DNA of 64,000 nt from an uncultured delta proteobacterium (GCA_963755125.1 CAVWIP010000006.1:96001-160000), one strand, 5' to 3'; positions 38,780-48,923 are shown, counted from the stretch's first letter. Notes: generated by a model not told the origin, from the sequence alone. Numbers and translations: made by a program.

Positions 38780-40318
38780 ATGAAAACTGCTGGCCGGTAT
38801 CTTGCGACGCTTTCGCTGCTGCTCGGTTGCAGTTCGGGCGGACATGGGGCTGGCCGCGCGGAGGTTGGCGCGGCCCTTGATTCGCCGGTTGTCACCGGGG
38901 CCGAGGCTGGCCCGGTGGTGCCGGACGCTGGCGCGGTTGCCGATTCGTCTGCGACCGTTGCGGAGACGGGCTCGGCGCAGCCGGATGCCGGCGCCGCCGT
39001 GGAGGCAGGCCCGCTTCGCAACGTGGTGATGGTGGTGGACGATGGCTTCGACCCCAGCGTGTCCGAGCTGGTCGGCAAGGTCGTGGCCAGCCACACCATC
39101 GTGTGCGCCCAGTCGAGCGGGGACGCAGGCGTCGAGGCAGGCGCGGATCCGCTGGCCGAGGGCGCGGATCCCGACTTCGCCCAGGCCAAGAGCAATCTGA
39201 TCGCGGCTCTGCAGCAGCCCGATCACTCGTGCCAGCTCACCGACGGTTTGCAGCCCTACGATCAGTCCTGGCTCACCAGCGTCGACAGCTATCGCGATCG
39301 CTGGAACGCCGCCCTGCGCTCCGACACGCCTCTCACCCAGGCATTCACCCCCGCCGAGTATGCGACGATCACCACCGCGCTTCAGACCGAGCCGCAGGAC
39401 GCGCGCGTACACGGCACTTCGGTGGCCGGGGTGCTGGCGTATGAGAATCCCGACTTGCTCCTGGTGCTGGTGCAGTACCCCCTGCTTTCGACTGCCGAGG
39501 TCACGGCGCAGGTCCAGTGCATCAGCCAGGCCACCATCGACCAAGCCATGGCCCTGTTGGCTGACCCCGACGTGCGGGCTGCCTACATCAGCCGGCCGCG
39601 CGGCGATCTGGACCGCGGGCTGGACGACGCCATTTCCCGGAACAACGTCGGCTCGTTGAATCTCAGCCTTGGCGACCTGTCCACCAAGGCGGTCGAGGAC
39701 GCCATGGTGGCCCAGGGCTGCGCGGATGTGGATCTCGGGCCGTGGCAGGCGCGGCTGACGGAACTGGACCAGGAACAGGATGCGGCGCAACCCCATCCCA
39801 GCGCTCTCTCGGTCCAGTCCGCCGGGAACGAAGGCGTCGAGATCGACAGCACGGCCGACTCCCCTGATTGCGAGCAGGGCGACCCGACCCACATGCTGGT
39901 GGGGGCGTACGGCGTGGACGGCGCGCTGGCGAGTTTCTCCAACTACGGCCTGTGCGTGGACGTGCTGGCTCCTGGCGAGGACATTCTGGCTCCTGTGCCC
40001 GGCGATTGGCTGCTGCCCGAGGACGGCACCAGCTTCAGCGCGCCGCTGGTCACGCGGCTGGCCAGCATGGAGGCTCCGCTGCCCTTTGACCCGGGCCAGA
40101 CGCGAACCTGGCTGATTTCTCTGCGCGACAGCCAGAGCAGGATCCCGGTTGCCGAGTTCCCGCCGGATGTCGTGTACAACCCCACGCACGCGATCGGATC
40201 GAGCGCGCTGGCCCTCTTGCGACCAGGCGACGCAGGCAAGCCATCGGGTTTGCAGCGCACGAGTGCCGTGAAGCTGCACCGGCTCCTGTGGATCCTCGAT
40301 CGCCTGTCCGGCCGGTAG
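38780..40318 (+). CDS. S8 subtilisin-like peptidase, lipoprotein
   Basis: LLLGC lipobox; VVDDG, HGTSVAG, SAGNEG, GTSFSAP (full triad). Confidence 0.88.
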   Translation: MKTAGRYLATLSLLLGCSSGGHGAGRAEVGAALDSPVVTGAEAGPVVPDAGAVADSSATVAETGSAQPDAGAAVEAGPLRNVVMVVDDGFDPSVSELVGKVVASHTIVCAQSSGDAGVEAGADPLAEGADPDFAQAKSNLIAALQQPDHSCQLTDGLQPYDQSWLTSVDSYRDRWNAALRSDTPLTQAFTPAEYATITTALQTEPQDARVHGTSVAGVLAYENPDLLLVLVQYPLLSTAEVTAQVQCISQATIDQAMALLADPDVRAAYISRPRGDLDRGLDDAISRNNVGSLNLSLGDLSTKAVEDAMVAQGCADVDLGPWQARLTELDQEQDAAQPHPSALSVQSAGNEGVEIDSTADSPDCEQGDPTHMLVGAYGVDGALASFSNYGLCVDVLAPGEDILAPVPGDWLLPEDGTSFSAPLVTRLASMEAPLPFDPGQTRTWLISLRDSQSRIPVAEFPPDVVYNPTHAIGSSALALLRPGDAGKPSGLQRTSAVKLHRLLWILDRLSGR

Positions 40319-40577
40319 CGACCGTTCGCGCCGTATCTATTCCGTGTGAACGTCGGGCTGCGCAGTGGATCGTGGTCGGCACGCAGGGAGGGTGCGACCG
40401 CGAAACACGACAAGACACCCGACGCCGCCCGGGACGGTATGGATACCGATGCGCTGTCCATGCCTACGCCCTGGCTGAAGGCAAGCAGTCGCGCAAGGGC
40501 TGTCACGGAAGGCGGCTCAGCCATTGTCTAGGTGTTGGGGGTTGTGCGCCTTGGAGCGTGGGCCTATTTTGGTAGCT

Positions 40578-41051
40578 ATGAGAAGCATGGTGGTGCTGTT
40601 GTTCGCGGTGTCCCTCTACGGCTGCGGGGGCGGCGAGGATATCGAAGGGACGTGGGGCCTTGACCTGTCGATGCCCAACTACCCATCCACGGGCGCGAAC
40701 ACGCCGTGCACATATTTGGTGACATTCAAAGGCTCGGCCTTCGAGCAGGATCTGCTGTGCGGCAGCGGGAATGCGGAGGTGATGCAAACCTACGTCGGGA
40801 CATACTCGGTCACGGGGAATCAGCTCACAACAGTCGACACGAAAAGCACGTGTCCCGACCCGAATCCGACGAGCACGGTTACGTTCACCCTGGAAGGGGA
40901 CCAACTCACGATCGTGGAAACCAGCGGCGGCGTCCTAGTGTTCATCCGCGTGACGGTTCTCCCGGCAAGCAGATCTGATGCTCTCGCAACCTTAGGCTGC
41001 TTTTCCAGCGACGATACCACCTTCACGCCAGGGCCACTGAACCCGATCTAG
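40578..41051 (+). CDS. Small lipoprotein (lipocalin-like beta protein)
   Basis: SLYGC lipobox; IEGTW, GTYSVTGNQLT. Confidence 0.7.
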   Translation: MRSMVVLLFAVSLYGCGGGEDIEGTWGLDLSMPNYPSTGANTPCTYLVTFKGSAFEQDLLCGSGNAEVMQTYVGTYSVTGNQLTTVDTKSTCPDPNPTSTVTFTLEGDQLTIVETSGGVLVFIRVTVLPASRSDALATLGCFSSDDTTFTPGPLNPI

Positions 41052-41349
41052 CGGCCGAGCTGGCGCCGAAAGAACTGGATGTGGAAGGCGTGAGAACTCA
41101 GAAGGCTAGCAGCGAGCCCGTCATAAGAGGCGGCAGTCATTGGATGCGTTTGCACCTTGACCCAGGAGTAGGCGGTGGACAGTTGCAAGCCAGAAAAGGG
41201 GCAAATTTGCGCCGTTGACCGCGCGCTCCGTCGGAAAGTGACCGCACAGCCTCGCGGCCGGCGGGCGTTCTGCCTAGGCATGGGGAATACTAACCGGCCG
41301 CCGAAATCGCGTCTCGAAGTCCGCGGGTGACTGAGTCCTTTGACCGAAT

Positions 41350-42951
41350 GTGAGACATTCGGCTACGGTGCTCCCTGGCATGGGCCAGACTGGATTCATG
41401 GCAACGCTGCCGAAAGTCCCTGCGCGGACATACGCGCCGTTTGGCCTCGCTGTGTTGGTGGTGACGCTGTTTTCGGCATACACAGCCTATCGGTCCAGCG
41501 TCGTCATTGACCACGAACGGTATTTTTGGCTCGACGACGACCAGATGATCTCGATGCGCTATGCCCGCAACCTGGCCGAAGGGCAGGGGTTGGTCTGGAA
41601 CGCGGGCGAGCGGGTCGAGGGCTACTCGAATTTCGGCTGGGTTGTGGTGATGGCGGGCGTTCACCTGCTGCCTTTGTCGGATGCAAAGACCGCGCTGGTC
41701 ATCAGGATCATCAACTGGGGCCTGGTCATCGCCTTGCTGCTCCTGGCACGCCGGCTGCTGCGCCGGCTGCTTCCCGATAGCGGGCTGGAAGCAGCGATCC
41801 TGCTGCTCGTGCTTTCGGTCTGCGCGGACGTCGTGTTCTGGTCGGCGAACGGGACCGAATTCACGCTTATTGGCGTGTTGTTCCTGTGGGTGGTTGATCG
41901 GCTGTTCGAAGAATCCACGACCAAGCGTCCGCGCGTCGCGACCTACGCCGTGCTCGGCGTGCTCGTCTGCATCCGGGCCGATGGCCTGCACCTGTGGCTG
42001 GCGGCAGCCTTGCTGGCACTGGGCCTTTGGCGCAGTCGCCGCGGCTTGGCACTGCTCGCGCTTTCTCTGCTGCCCGTCGTCGCCCACCTGCTGTTTCGGC
42101 GTGCCTACTACGGGCTCTGGTTGCCTAACACCTACTACCTGAAGGTCGATTCGGTCCCCGGCAAGCTGCCGTCGGGCCTGGGCTACTCATTGGGATTCGC
42201 CATCCACTATTGTCTCCCGCTGCTCTTGGCGCTACTGGGCGCGATCATCAGCCGACAGCGCTGGCGTTGGCTGCTGTTGGGTGGCATCGGGATCTCACTC
42301 GCCTACGTCGTGGGCGTGGGCGACGTGTATCCGCACTTCCGTTTCCTGGCGCACGAGGTGCCGGTTTTGCTGGTGCTGGCGTTGGCCTGCACACGCGACA
42401 TGGGTGTACGGGCACGCCCCATCCGTGCCCTTCTCGGCGTCGGGCTGGCCTTGACGGTGATCCTGGCGACCGGGTTGCTGACCAGGAACTCGGTGATCTC
42501 GAAGAATGGCAATCCGCTGGTTGGCACGACCATCGGCGTGACCATCCGGAACAACGCCGGCGCGCAGGACCGGGTGGCTGTCCTGGCTGCCGGCGCTGTC
42601 GGCTATTTCAGCCGCCGCCCGATGATCGATCTGCTGGGCAAGAGCGATCCGCAGGTCGCCCGCCTGCCGGGCTTGCCCTTTGGCGGAGCTGGACACAACA
42701 AGTACGACCCTGGCTTCAGCTTCGGCCGCGGTGCCGACCTCTTGGTTTACGGTTTCGGCCCAGACGAGGCGCGCCAACTCACAGGCAGCGGATACAACGC
42801 TGCCGTCGCGCACGATCCGACGTTCGTTCGCGAGTTCCTACCCAACAGCCTGGCGGTGAGCGTGCTGTCGAGCCGGGGGTACATCTACTTCCGCGGATCG
42901 TCCGGGGCGGCGCGCAGGGATGCCTGGCGACTGCCCGTCATCGAGCGCTGA
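41350..42951 (+). CDS. GT-C-fold membrane glycosyltransferase (arabinofuranosyltransferase-like)
   Basis: DDDQMISMRYARNLAEGQGLVWNAGERVEGYSN, RADG, PNTYYLK, IDLLGKSD. Start may be 41380 or 41398. Confidence 0.75.
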   Translation: MRHSATVLPGMGQTGFMATLPKVPARTYAPFGLAVLVVTLFSAYTAYRSSVVIDHERYFWLDDDQMISMRYARNLAEGQGLVWNAGERVEGYSNFGWVVVMAGVHLLPLSDAKTALVIRIINWGLVIALLLLARRLLRRLLPDSGLEAAILLLVLSVCADVVFWSANGTEFTLIGVLFLWVVDRLFEESTTKRPRVATYAVLGVLVCIRADGLHLWLAAALLALGLWRSRRGLALLALSLLPVVAHLLFRRAYYGLWLPNTYYLKVDSVPGKLPSGLGYSLGFAIHYCLPLLLALLGAIISRQRWRWLLLGGIGISLAYVVGVGDVYPHFRFLAHEVPVLLVLALACTRDMGVRARPIRALLGVGLALTVILATGLLTRNSVISKNGNPLVGTTIGVTIRNNAGAQDRVAVLAAGAVGYFSRRPMIDLLGKSDPQVARLPGLPFGGAGHNKYDPGFSFGRGADLLVYGFGPDEARQLTGSGYNAAVAHDPTFVREFLPNSLAVSVLSSRGYIYFRGSSGAARRDAWRLPVIER

Positions 42952-42993
42952 CCACCAGGTAGCTGTTCCAGGCAGTAGTTACGCCGGCAGCTT

Positions 42994-43845
42994 TCAAGAT
43001 CCCGATAGCACGCGGCGGATGGCTTCGCGATCGATACCGTCGAGGGAGAAACCGAGTTCGTAGGCAGGCACCTTGCGGAACAGGCGGCCAAGGTTCCTGA
43101 TGGCCATGCCGTCGGAGGGAACGAACAGGCGCTGGAGGTTGTCCGCCTGCTCTGTCGCGCTTCGGATCAGGGCCTGCCGGGCGGTCAATGGTTGCAGCGA
43201 GAACGCAGCCTGTTTTCGCGGGAAGAAGATCGCACGCAACGGCGCCGAGCCTACGCCGTCGGACTCGCGACCAAGCGGCGTGGCGTGCAAGAGAGGTTGC
43301 GTGTCGATGTCAGTCACCGCGACCACATCGTCCGAAAGCAGCCGTTCCCCGCGAATGAGCCGGGCAGCGGTTGTCTTGCCAGCCTCGGACGGGCCGATGA
43401 CCGCGGCGGCGACTCCCTCCATGACGAAACCGGACCCATGCAGCATCACACCGTCGCTCGCGGAAAGAAGACTGCCAAGCAGACGAAAGAGCTGGCTACG
43501 CAGGCACTGGTCCTCGTCAGCAGACTCGAAAACGAAGGATTCCATCAACCAAGTGGAGCGTCGGACGAAATCGGCAACCCCGTAGCAGCACCAGAAAAGT
43601 TCATCCTTATCCACTCGCATTCGATGTGACAACTGACGCTGGACTACCTCCGGGTAGTCCCAGACGGGGCGGTCAGGATCAGGCTGAGGATCAGACACCA
43701 CCCTGATGACCAACCTCGCATCAAGTTGGGTGCCTTCCGACAAAAAGGGTCGATAGGGGAGCGTGTGCAGAAGCCGCTCGTACTTTTCGGGAAGGGTCAG
43801 ACCGACTTGCCGGCCACCAGTCGTGATCCCTGCGTCCACGTCCAT
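42994..43845 (-). CDS. HPr-kinase-like P-loop protein (ScmC-like)
   Basis: MLHGSG, GPSEAGKTT, LLSDD, ATPLG. Confidence 0.72.
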   Translation of the reverse strand: MDVDAGITTGGRQVGLTLPEKYERLLHTLPYRPFLSEGTQLDARLVIRVVSDPQPDPDRPVWDYPEVVQRQLSHRMRVDKDELFWCCYGVADFVRRSTWLMESFVFESADEDQCLRSQLFRLLGSLLSASDGVMLHGSGFVMEGVAAAVIGPSEAGKTTAARLIRGERLLSDDVVAVTDIDTQPLLHATPLGRESDGVGSAPLRAIFFPRKQAAFSLQPLTARQALIRSATEQADNLQRLFVPSDGMAIRNLGRLFRKVPAYELGFSLDGIDREAIRRVLSGS

Positions 43846-43916
43846 GAATCACGGTAGATCGAGGGCCACCCGGTGCTGAGCCATGGTGATCCCCGTTGCA
43901 CCAAACTCCTCAAGAG

Positions 43917-44180
43917 TCATCCGCCGAGGACCGTTGAGCCGCTGGAGCAGTGAACTCCGCTACCGGGGGAACATAGGTTGCCACCCGAGTCAGATGACCC
44001 GGTAACGCAAAGGCCGGACACGCCGGGACTGCTGCCATCAACGCAGCCGCCTGGCGACGCCGTGTACCCCGTGTGGCAAATACCCATGGGGCTCGCGTTC
44101 TTGTCCTCTGACAGCCAGCCAGCCCGAGCGGTTGGCAAAGACAGGTCCGTGAGGGTTGGCTTTTCGTAGGGTCGTTTCAT
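43917..44180 (-). CDS. RiPP precursor peptide 2 (87 aa, five CxxG repeats)
   Basis: GGAGGA SD; MKRPYEKPTL leader; CHTG, CVDG, CVTG, CSPG, CSSG. Confidence 0.85.
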   Translation of the reverse strand: MKRPYEKPTLTDLSLPTARAGWLSEDKNASPMGICHTGYTASPGGCVDGSSPGVSGLCVTGSSDSGGNLCSPGSGVHCSSGSTVLGG

Positions 44181-44205
44181 CTCGTCCTCCCTGATGCCTG
44201 CCGGG

Positions 44206-44481
44206 TCACACGGCGTCGCCCATCAGGCTCTTGCCCTTCAACGCGGTCAGGAATTCTTCCACGTCTTTTGCGGCTGCCTCCCGACTTCCGATGTCGTACT
44301 GGCGCATAAGACAATCTACCAGATCCTCGCGCGAGTGAGAACCGTCGAGCAGGCCGAAGAGAAAGGCGCCCGTGGTGTTCAGGATCTGCACCGCGCCGCT
44401 TTCAGGGTGAAAGAGCAAGGCACCGTCGTCTTCCTGGTCCACGGTGATCTCGGGGTTGGCGATGGGGCAGCCCGGCTTCAT
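44206..44481 (-). CDS. scmD: PqqD-family RRE (ScmD-like)
   Basis: EDDGALLFHPESGAVQILNTTGAFLFGLLDGSHS; ATGA overlap. Confidence 0.85.
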   Translation of the reverse strand: MKPGCPIANPEITVDQEDDGALLFHPESGAVQILNTTGAFLFGLLDGSHSREDLVDCLMRQYDIGSREAAAKDVEEFLTALKGKSLMGDAV

Positions 44482-45053
44482 GAAGGATCCTTGGTTGCGA
44501 TAGCTCGCAGCCGTCGCTCGACCGTAGTGTTCTTGAAGACCGGATGGATCCACATGGCATCCCCGCAGGCCTCGGTTCTGCGCCAAGCCACGAGCTTTTT
44601 CAAGAGATACAACCTCACGGTCTCGCGGCTGTCACTGGCCACGAAACGAACCGTCCGCAGTGGGACGGCAGCGCCGACCACGGGCGCCAGCAGCCTGGCG
44701 CTTAGCCGCAAGATGCCGCGCAGTCGGCGCAGCGGGCGGGCCGCGTGAAGCCAGAGGCGCTCCTGGGCCCGGGAGATGCCGCGCAACTGGTGTTTCTTCC
44801 AGCGCGCCACCACCTTGCCCACGATGCGCTCGGCTGGCACCACGCCGTCGGGGCACGGCAGGTTGTCGCCCTGGGTGACGATCCCGCGGCGGGTGGAAAT
44901 CACCCGGTGCACGACCGGCTGTCCGGCCTGGTCGTGGAAAACGATGACGTTGCCGACGCGGATGTCCCTGGGTGCAACCTGCTCGACAGCGGCCAGGCTT
45001 CCCGGCGGCAGGAAAGGCCGCATGCTGCTGCCGCGCACGAGCATCGGGGTCAC
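44478..45053 (-). CDS. S24/S26-family peptidase
   Basis: RGSSMRPFL, VVHRVI, TQGDN, IVGKV. Confidence 0.8.
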   Translation of the reverse strand: MTPMLVRGSSMRPFLPPGSLAAVEQVAPRDIRVGNVIVFHDQAGQPVVHRVISTRRGIVTQGDNLPCPDGVVPAERIVGKVVARWKKHQLRGISRAQERLWLHAARPLRRLRGILRLSARLLAPVVGAAVPLRTVRFVASDSRETVRLYLLKKLVAWRRTEACGDAMWIHPVFKNTTVERRLRAIATKDPS

Positions 45054-46159
45054 GGCGCAACCTCCGGGGCGCCTGGCTGGCTGCGCGGACGCAACAGGCG
45101 CCTGGGCGGGAACAGCCCGGCGTCAAGCGCCTGCTGGCAGAACTGGAAGCCCGCGAAGAGATCGCCGGTGGCCCAGAAGTTGTGCGCCAGGCACTTGCCC
45201 ATGCAGTGCCGGCGGAACACGCACCTGCCGCACACGCCGCCCAGGGCGTCGGGCAGGCGATCGCGAATGGCGAGCAGGGTGGGATTGCTCTCCCAGATGG
45301 TGCGCAGCCCGACCTCGAGCGGATTGCCGAAATCCAGGGCTGCCACGCGCTCGCCGATGCCGCACAGGCTGGCGCGGCCGGTGCTCAGGATGCCGAGGAT
45401 GGTCAGAATGCCGCAGCTACAGCCGGCCTGGGCGCGAATCTCGGCCAGGGACTTGAAAGCCGGCGGCACGTCGAAGAACACGCGTAGCTTGGTTCCCGCG
45501 GGAATCGACGGCGCCAGGCCGTGGTAGGCGTCCAGCACCTCGGCGACCGAGAGCAGCTCGCCCTGCCGTTGCATCTCGGCCGAGCGGCCCATCGAGTTCA
45601 CCACGTTGACCTTCAGACTGGCGACGCCCAGGTTTTCCGCGAGCCGCACCATGTCCGGCAGCACCTGCCGCGTGCCCCGGTGAAGGCAGGCGATGATCTG
45701 GAACGGCGGCCAGCCCTGCTTGGTCAGGCTTTCCACGCCGCGCAGGGCACGGTCGAACGCGCCCGGCACCCCGCGCAGCTCGTCGTGCAGCTTCGCGGTG
45801 GGGCCGTCGAGCGAGATCGACACATCGGTGCCGGTCTCGCGCAGCACCTCGGCCTGCTCGGCCCCGATGAGCGTGCCGTTGCTCTCCATGCGCAGCTTGA
45901 GGCCCATCTGGCGCAGCCCGCGCAGGATGTCGAGAATCTCGGGGTGCATGAAAGGCTCGCCGCCGGTCAGCTTGACCGCGCGCAGGCCCAGTTCCTGCGC
46001 CTGCACGAAGATCTTGCGCAGCTCGGACCAGGGTAAAAAGCGCTGCGACTCGGTCCCGAAGCCAGGATCGATCCAGCAGTGGCGGCAGCGCAGGTTGCAG
46101 GTGCCGGCGAGGTACAGATAGATCTCGGCCAGCGGCGGGGTTTCACAGGGCTGGGACAT
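45050..46159 (-). CDS. scmF: Radical SAM/SPASM protein, ScmF-like
   Basis: CNLRCRHCWIDP, LTGGEP, CGILTILGIL...LCGIG...CGRC...C...C; GGAGGG SD before ATG 46159. Confidence 0.82.
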   Translation of the reverse strand: MSQPCETPPLAEIYLYLAGTCNLRCRHCWIDPGFGTESQRFLPWSELRKIFVQAQELGLRAVKLTGGEPFMHPEILDILRGLRQMGLKLRMESNGTLIGAEQAEVLRETGTDVSISLDGPTAKLHDELRGVPGAFDRALRGVESLTKQGWPPFQIIACLHRGTRQVLPDMVRLAENLGVASLKVNVVNSMGRSAEMQRQGELLSVAEVLDAYHGLAPSIPAGTKLRVFFDVPPAFKSLAEIRAQAGCSCGILTILGILSTGRASLCGIGERVAALDFGNPLEVGLRTIWESNPTLLAIRDRLPDALGGVCGRCVFRRHCMGKCLAHNFWATGDLFAGFQFCQQALDAGLFPPRRLLRPRSQPGAPEVAP

Positions 46160-47531
46160 GACCACCCTCCGCCAGGAAGCGCCGGTAACAGTCCGCCAGG
46201 TGGGGGCTGCGCAAAGAGCCGGTGACGGCAAAGGGCACCGCCGGGCAGCTTCCGTTGCAGAAAGGCCTCCAGTCGCAGTCCTTGCACTCAGCCACGTCGT
46301 CCATGGGGATCTCGCGCCGCTCGCGCAGGGAGCGCAGGTGCGGGTGGCCGCGCCAGATGTCGCGGATGGGGGTTTCGCCGATGCGGCCCATCACCATGGT
46401 CGCCAGCATGTTGCAAGGGGTGATGGTCCCGTCGTGGTTGACCGCGATCTTGTCGAACACGCAACCGCAGGCGGTCAGGCGACCCATGAGCGGGGTGCGC
46501 GCGCCACCCGCGAAGCGGGCGGTTTCCATGGCGTGAAACATGCGCCAGCGGACAAGCGGGCCGGCCAGGGCGGTCACGCGGCCTGGGTAGCGTTGATCGA
46601 GACGGGCCAGGGTCAGCATGGCGGCGCGTTCCAACTCGGGCGGAAGCCGGATGCTGTCGGCGTGGCGGCAGGAACCCATCTCGACGGCATCGTTGGTGCT
46701 GAAGCCGCGCAGCCCGACGTCATTCAATAGCAGCTCGGCGATGCCTTCGAGATCGCCGACGTTGTGCCGGTTGATGGTGACCCGGCTGGTGACCGGCAGG
46801 CCGGCCTGCTTGAGCAGGCGCAGCCCACGCAGCGCCTTTTCGAAAGATCCGCGGCCGCGCGAGGCATCGTGGATCTCGGCGCACGAGCCGTCGATGGAAA
46901 CCTGGATGCTGTCCAGCCGGGTCCGGCGTTCCAGCAGCCGCGCCACGATGGCGTCGTCCACCAGGGTTCCGTTGCTGAGCAGCGAGTAGCGCATCCGGTT
47001 GTCGATCGCGCGGTCGATGAGTGTCCAGAGATCGGGGCGGGTGAACACCTCGCCGCCTGACAGGCAGACGCTGCGCACCGCCAGCGAGCCGAGTTCGTCG
47101 AAGAAGGCCAGCCATGCGTCGGCGGGCAGGTCGGGCCGCTGCTCCATCTCGTCGGCGTAGAAACAGTAGGTGCACTTGGCATTGCAGCGGCCGGTGACGG
47201 AAACGTCCACCTGTTTGGGGGCGTCATCAAAGTCGATCTGCGCGACGGGCGGCGCTGCGCTGGCGGGGGAGGGCTGCACGAACCCCTGGGCAGAAAGTTC
47301 GGCGGCGAACGTCTGCACGTCGCTTGCGGCTGACTCGGCGTCAATCCCCTCGAAGCCGTCAGCCATGTCGCCGGCGATCTGGTCCAGGCTGCGCGTGCCA
47401 TCCATCCGATCCCAGATGAAGGTGCCCGTCTCGTTGAGCAGGCGCTCGCGGCCCAGGTCAGCCTGGTAGAGCAGGGCACTGCCGCCGCCGACGCGCCTTG
47501 CGGACACGCAGCGAGCGCGGGCAACCGCCAT
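46143..47531 (-). CDS. scmE: PqqD-fused radical SAM/SPASM protein, ScmE-like
   Basis: N-terminal LNETGTFIWDRMDG (RRE); CNAKCTYC; LTACGC...TPCN...CKDCDWRPFCNGSC. Confidence 0.82.
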   Translation of the reverse strand: MAVARARCVSARRVGGGSALLYQADLGRERLLNETGTFIWDRMDGTRSLDQIAGDMADGFEGIDAESAASDVQTFAAELSAQGFVQPSPASAAPPVAQIDFDDAPKQVDVSVTGRCNAKCTYCFYADEMEQRPDLPADAWLAFFDELGSLAVRSVCLSGGEVFTRPDLWTLIDRAIDNRMRYSLLSNGTLVDDAIVARLLERRTRLDSIQVSIDGSCAEIHDASRGRGSFEKALRGLRLLKQAGLPVTSRVTINRHNVGDLEGIAELLLNDVGLRGFSTNDAVEMGSCRHADSIRLPPELERAAMLTLARLDQRYPGRVTALAGPLVRWRMFHAMETARFAGGARTPLMGRLTACGCVFDKIAVNHDGTITPCNMLATMVMGRIGETPIRDIWRGHPHLRSLRERREIPMDDVAECKDCDWRPFCNGSCPAVPFAVTGSLRSPHLADCYRRFLAEGGHVPAL

Positions 47532-47606
47532 GTTCGAGCAGGCCTGGCTCACAGGCCGAAAGCGTAGCACCGGTTGCGCAAGGACGCAGGCAAGTCGGGC
47601 GTAGCG

Positions 47607-47650
47607 GCCACGGCCGCGACCACGACCACGAGCACGACCTTCTGTGGCTG
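47607..47650 (+). repeat. Degenerate hexamer element copy
   Basis: gccacggccgcgaccacgaccacgagcacgaccttctgtggctg. Confidence 0.5.
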
Positions 47651-47681
47651 CCGCATCAATCTTCCTGCTAAATACAAGCAG

Positions 47682-48923
47682 CTACTTCGCGGCCTGCGCG
47701 AGATCCCGGTGCTCGAAGGCGCTGGCCATGCGGTCGAGCTCCTTCGGCTTGAGCCCATGCTTCTTCCCCGCCGAGCGCCAGGCCCGCACCGCGGCCGCTA
47801 CCTCATGCGCGATCTGGCGCGCCACTTTCGTGCCGAGACCAAACCTGGGCGCCACCTCCCGGACCGTGTCCATCGAGGCAGTCGCATCCGTCTCGCTGAT
47901 CGCCAGAGCGTGCACGCGAGGCCTGACGTCAGTGGGCATCGGATTGAGGTCATTGGCCGGCGCCAGCCGCCAGCCGACTCCGTCGTGGAGGAAGCCGTGG
48001 TTGCGCAGATGATCGTCGGTGTTCGACACTAGGACGTTGAACACCAGCCGGCGCCATAGCTCGCCCAGATCCTTCGCCGCCTGCGCGCCCTCGCGGCGCA
48101 GGGCATCGACGATATCGAGATAGCTGTGCATCTGGTTGTCGTCCGCCGCCACCGCGGTCATCGCTGACATGAAGGGAACGCGCGCCGCCCCGTCGCGGTC
48201 GAAGCGGCGCAACAGCAGCACGGGCTTCCGTGTCGCGAGCGCCAGACGGAAGACCGGCACATGAATCCCGGCCCGCTTTGCCAGTTCGAGCGCCGTCGCC
48301 TCCCAGCGCATGACCGGCCACTCGTCCGAGGCGGCGGGGAACTTGGCAACCAAGAGGCCGCCATCGCTGTCCCTCACCGAGGCTTTGGGGCGCGCCCCGC
48401 CCAGCGAGGTGCCGGGCGCGAGCACGAGCGCAAGATCCTCGTCGGTTTCCTCGTCGGCCATGATCCGGTCGGTCGCCGCCAGCAACTTGGACAGGGCGAT
48501 GACAGGCGGAACGCGCGTGCCGCCGGTCGAAAGGAAGGGGCCGCCGTCGGCCTCCGCATCACGAAAGCGGAGGACGCCCAGGCGAGTCTCGTCGTCCACC
48601 AGGGTGAGGAAATCGACCGCGGTGAGCGTGCGTGGGTTTCGGCCCTCGCGCCTGGCGCGGGCCCGCTCGGCACGGCGCAAGAGCATCTGGCCCCAGCGAT
48701 CCGGAGCAGGATCGGTGAAGGCGCGGAAGATGGGACGTCCGCTATGGAACGGTCCGGCCGCCAATGGCAACTCGGGATCAAGGGCAAAGCCGCGCCGGCT
48801 GGTGCGCCAGGCGAGGTCGTACTCGAAGGAGGCGCTCTCGTGCGGCGCACTCCGGGTCCACAGCCTGCCGCACAAGACCGGCTGGCCGCCGAGGTCGGCG
48901 TGGACCAGAAGCTCGCGGTTCAC
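47682..48923 (-). CDS. hipA: HipA-family toxin kinase
   Basis: PDRWG, GTSLGGARPKAS, NTDDHLRNHGF, LAPANDL. Confidence 0.92.
   Translation of the reverse strand: MNRELLVHADLGGQPVLCGRLWTRSAPHESASFEYDLAWRTSRRGFALDPELPLAAGPFHSGRPIFRAFTDPAPDRWGQMLLRRAERARARREGRNPRTLTAVDFLTLVDDETRLGVLRFRDAEADGGPFLSTGGTRVPPVIALSKLLAATDRIMADEETDEDLALVLAPGTSLGGARPKASVRDSDGGLLVAKFPAASDEWPVMRWEATALELAKRAGIHVPVFRLALATRKPVLLLRRFDRDGAARVPFMSAMTAVAADDNQMHSYLDIVDALRREGAQAAKDLGELWRRLVFNVLVSNTDDHLRNHGFLHDGVGWRLAPANDLNPMPTDVRPRVHALAISETDATASMDTVREVAPRFGLGTKVARQIAHEVAAAVRAWRSAGKKHGLKPKELDRMASAFEHRDLAQAAK

Noticed and set aside
41048..41281. Small minus-strand ORF or gene remnant
   Set aside because: No SD, motif or recognisable family.
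32134..47531. Lasso peptide or PQQ biosynthesis
   Set aside because: YxxPxL leaders and PqqD domains are present, but there is no asparagine-synthetase-like cyclase, no transglutaminase-like B2 and no pqqB/C or ExxxY peptide.
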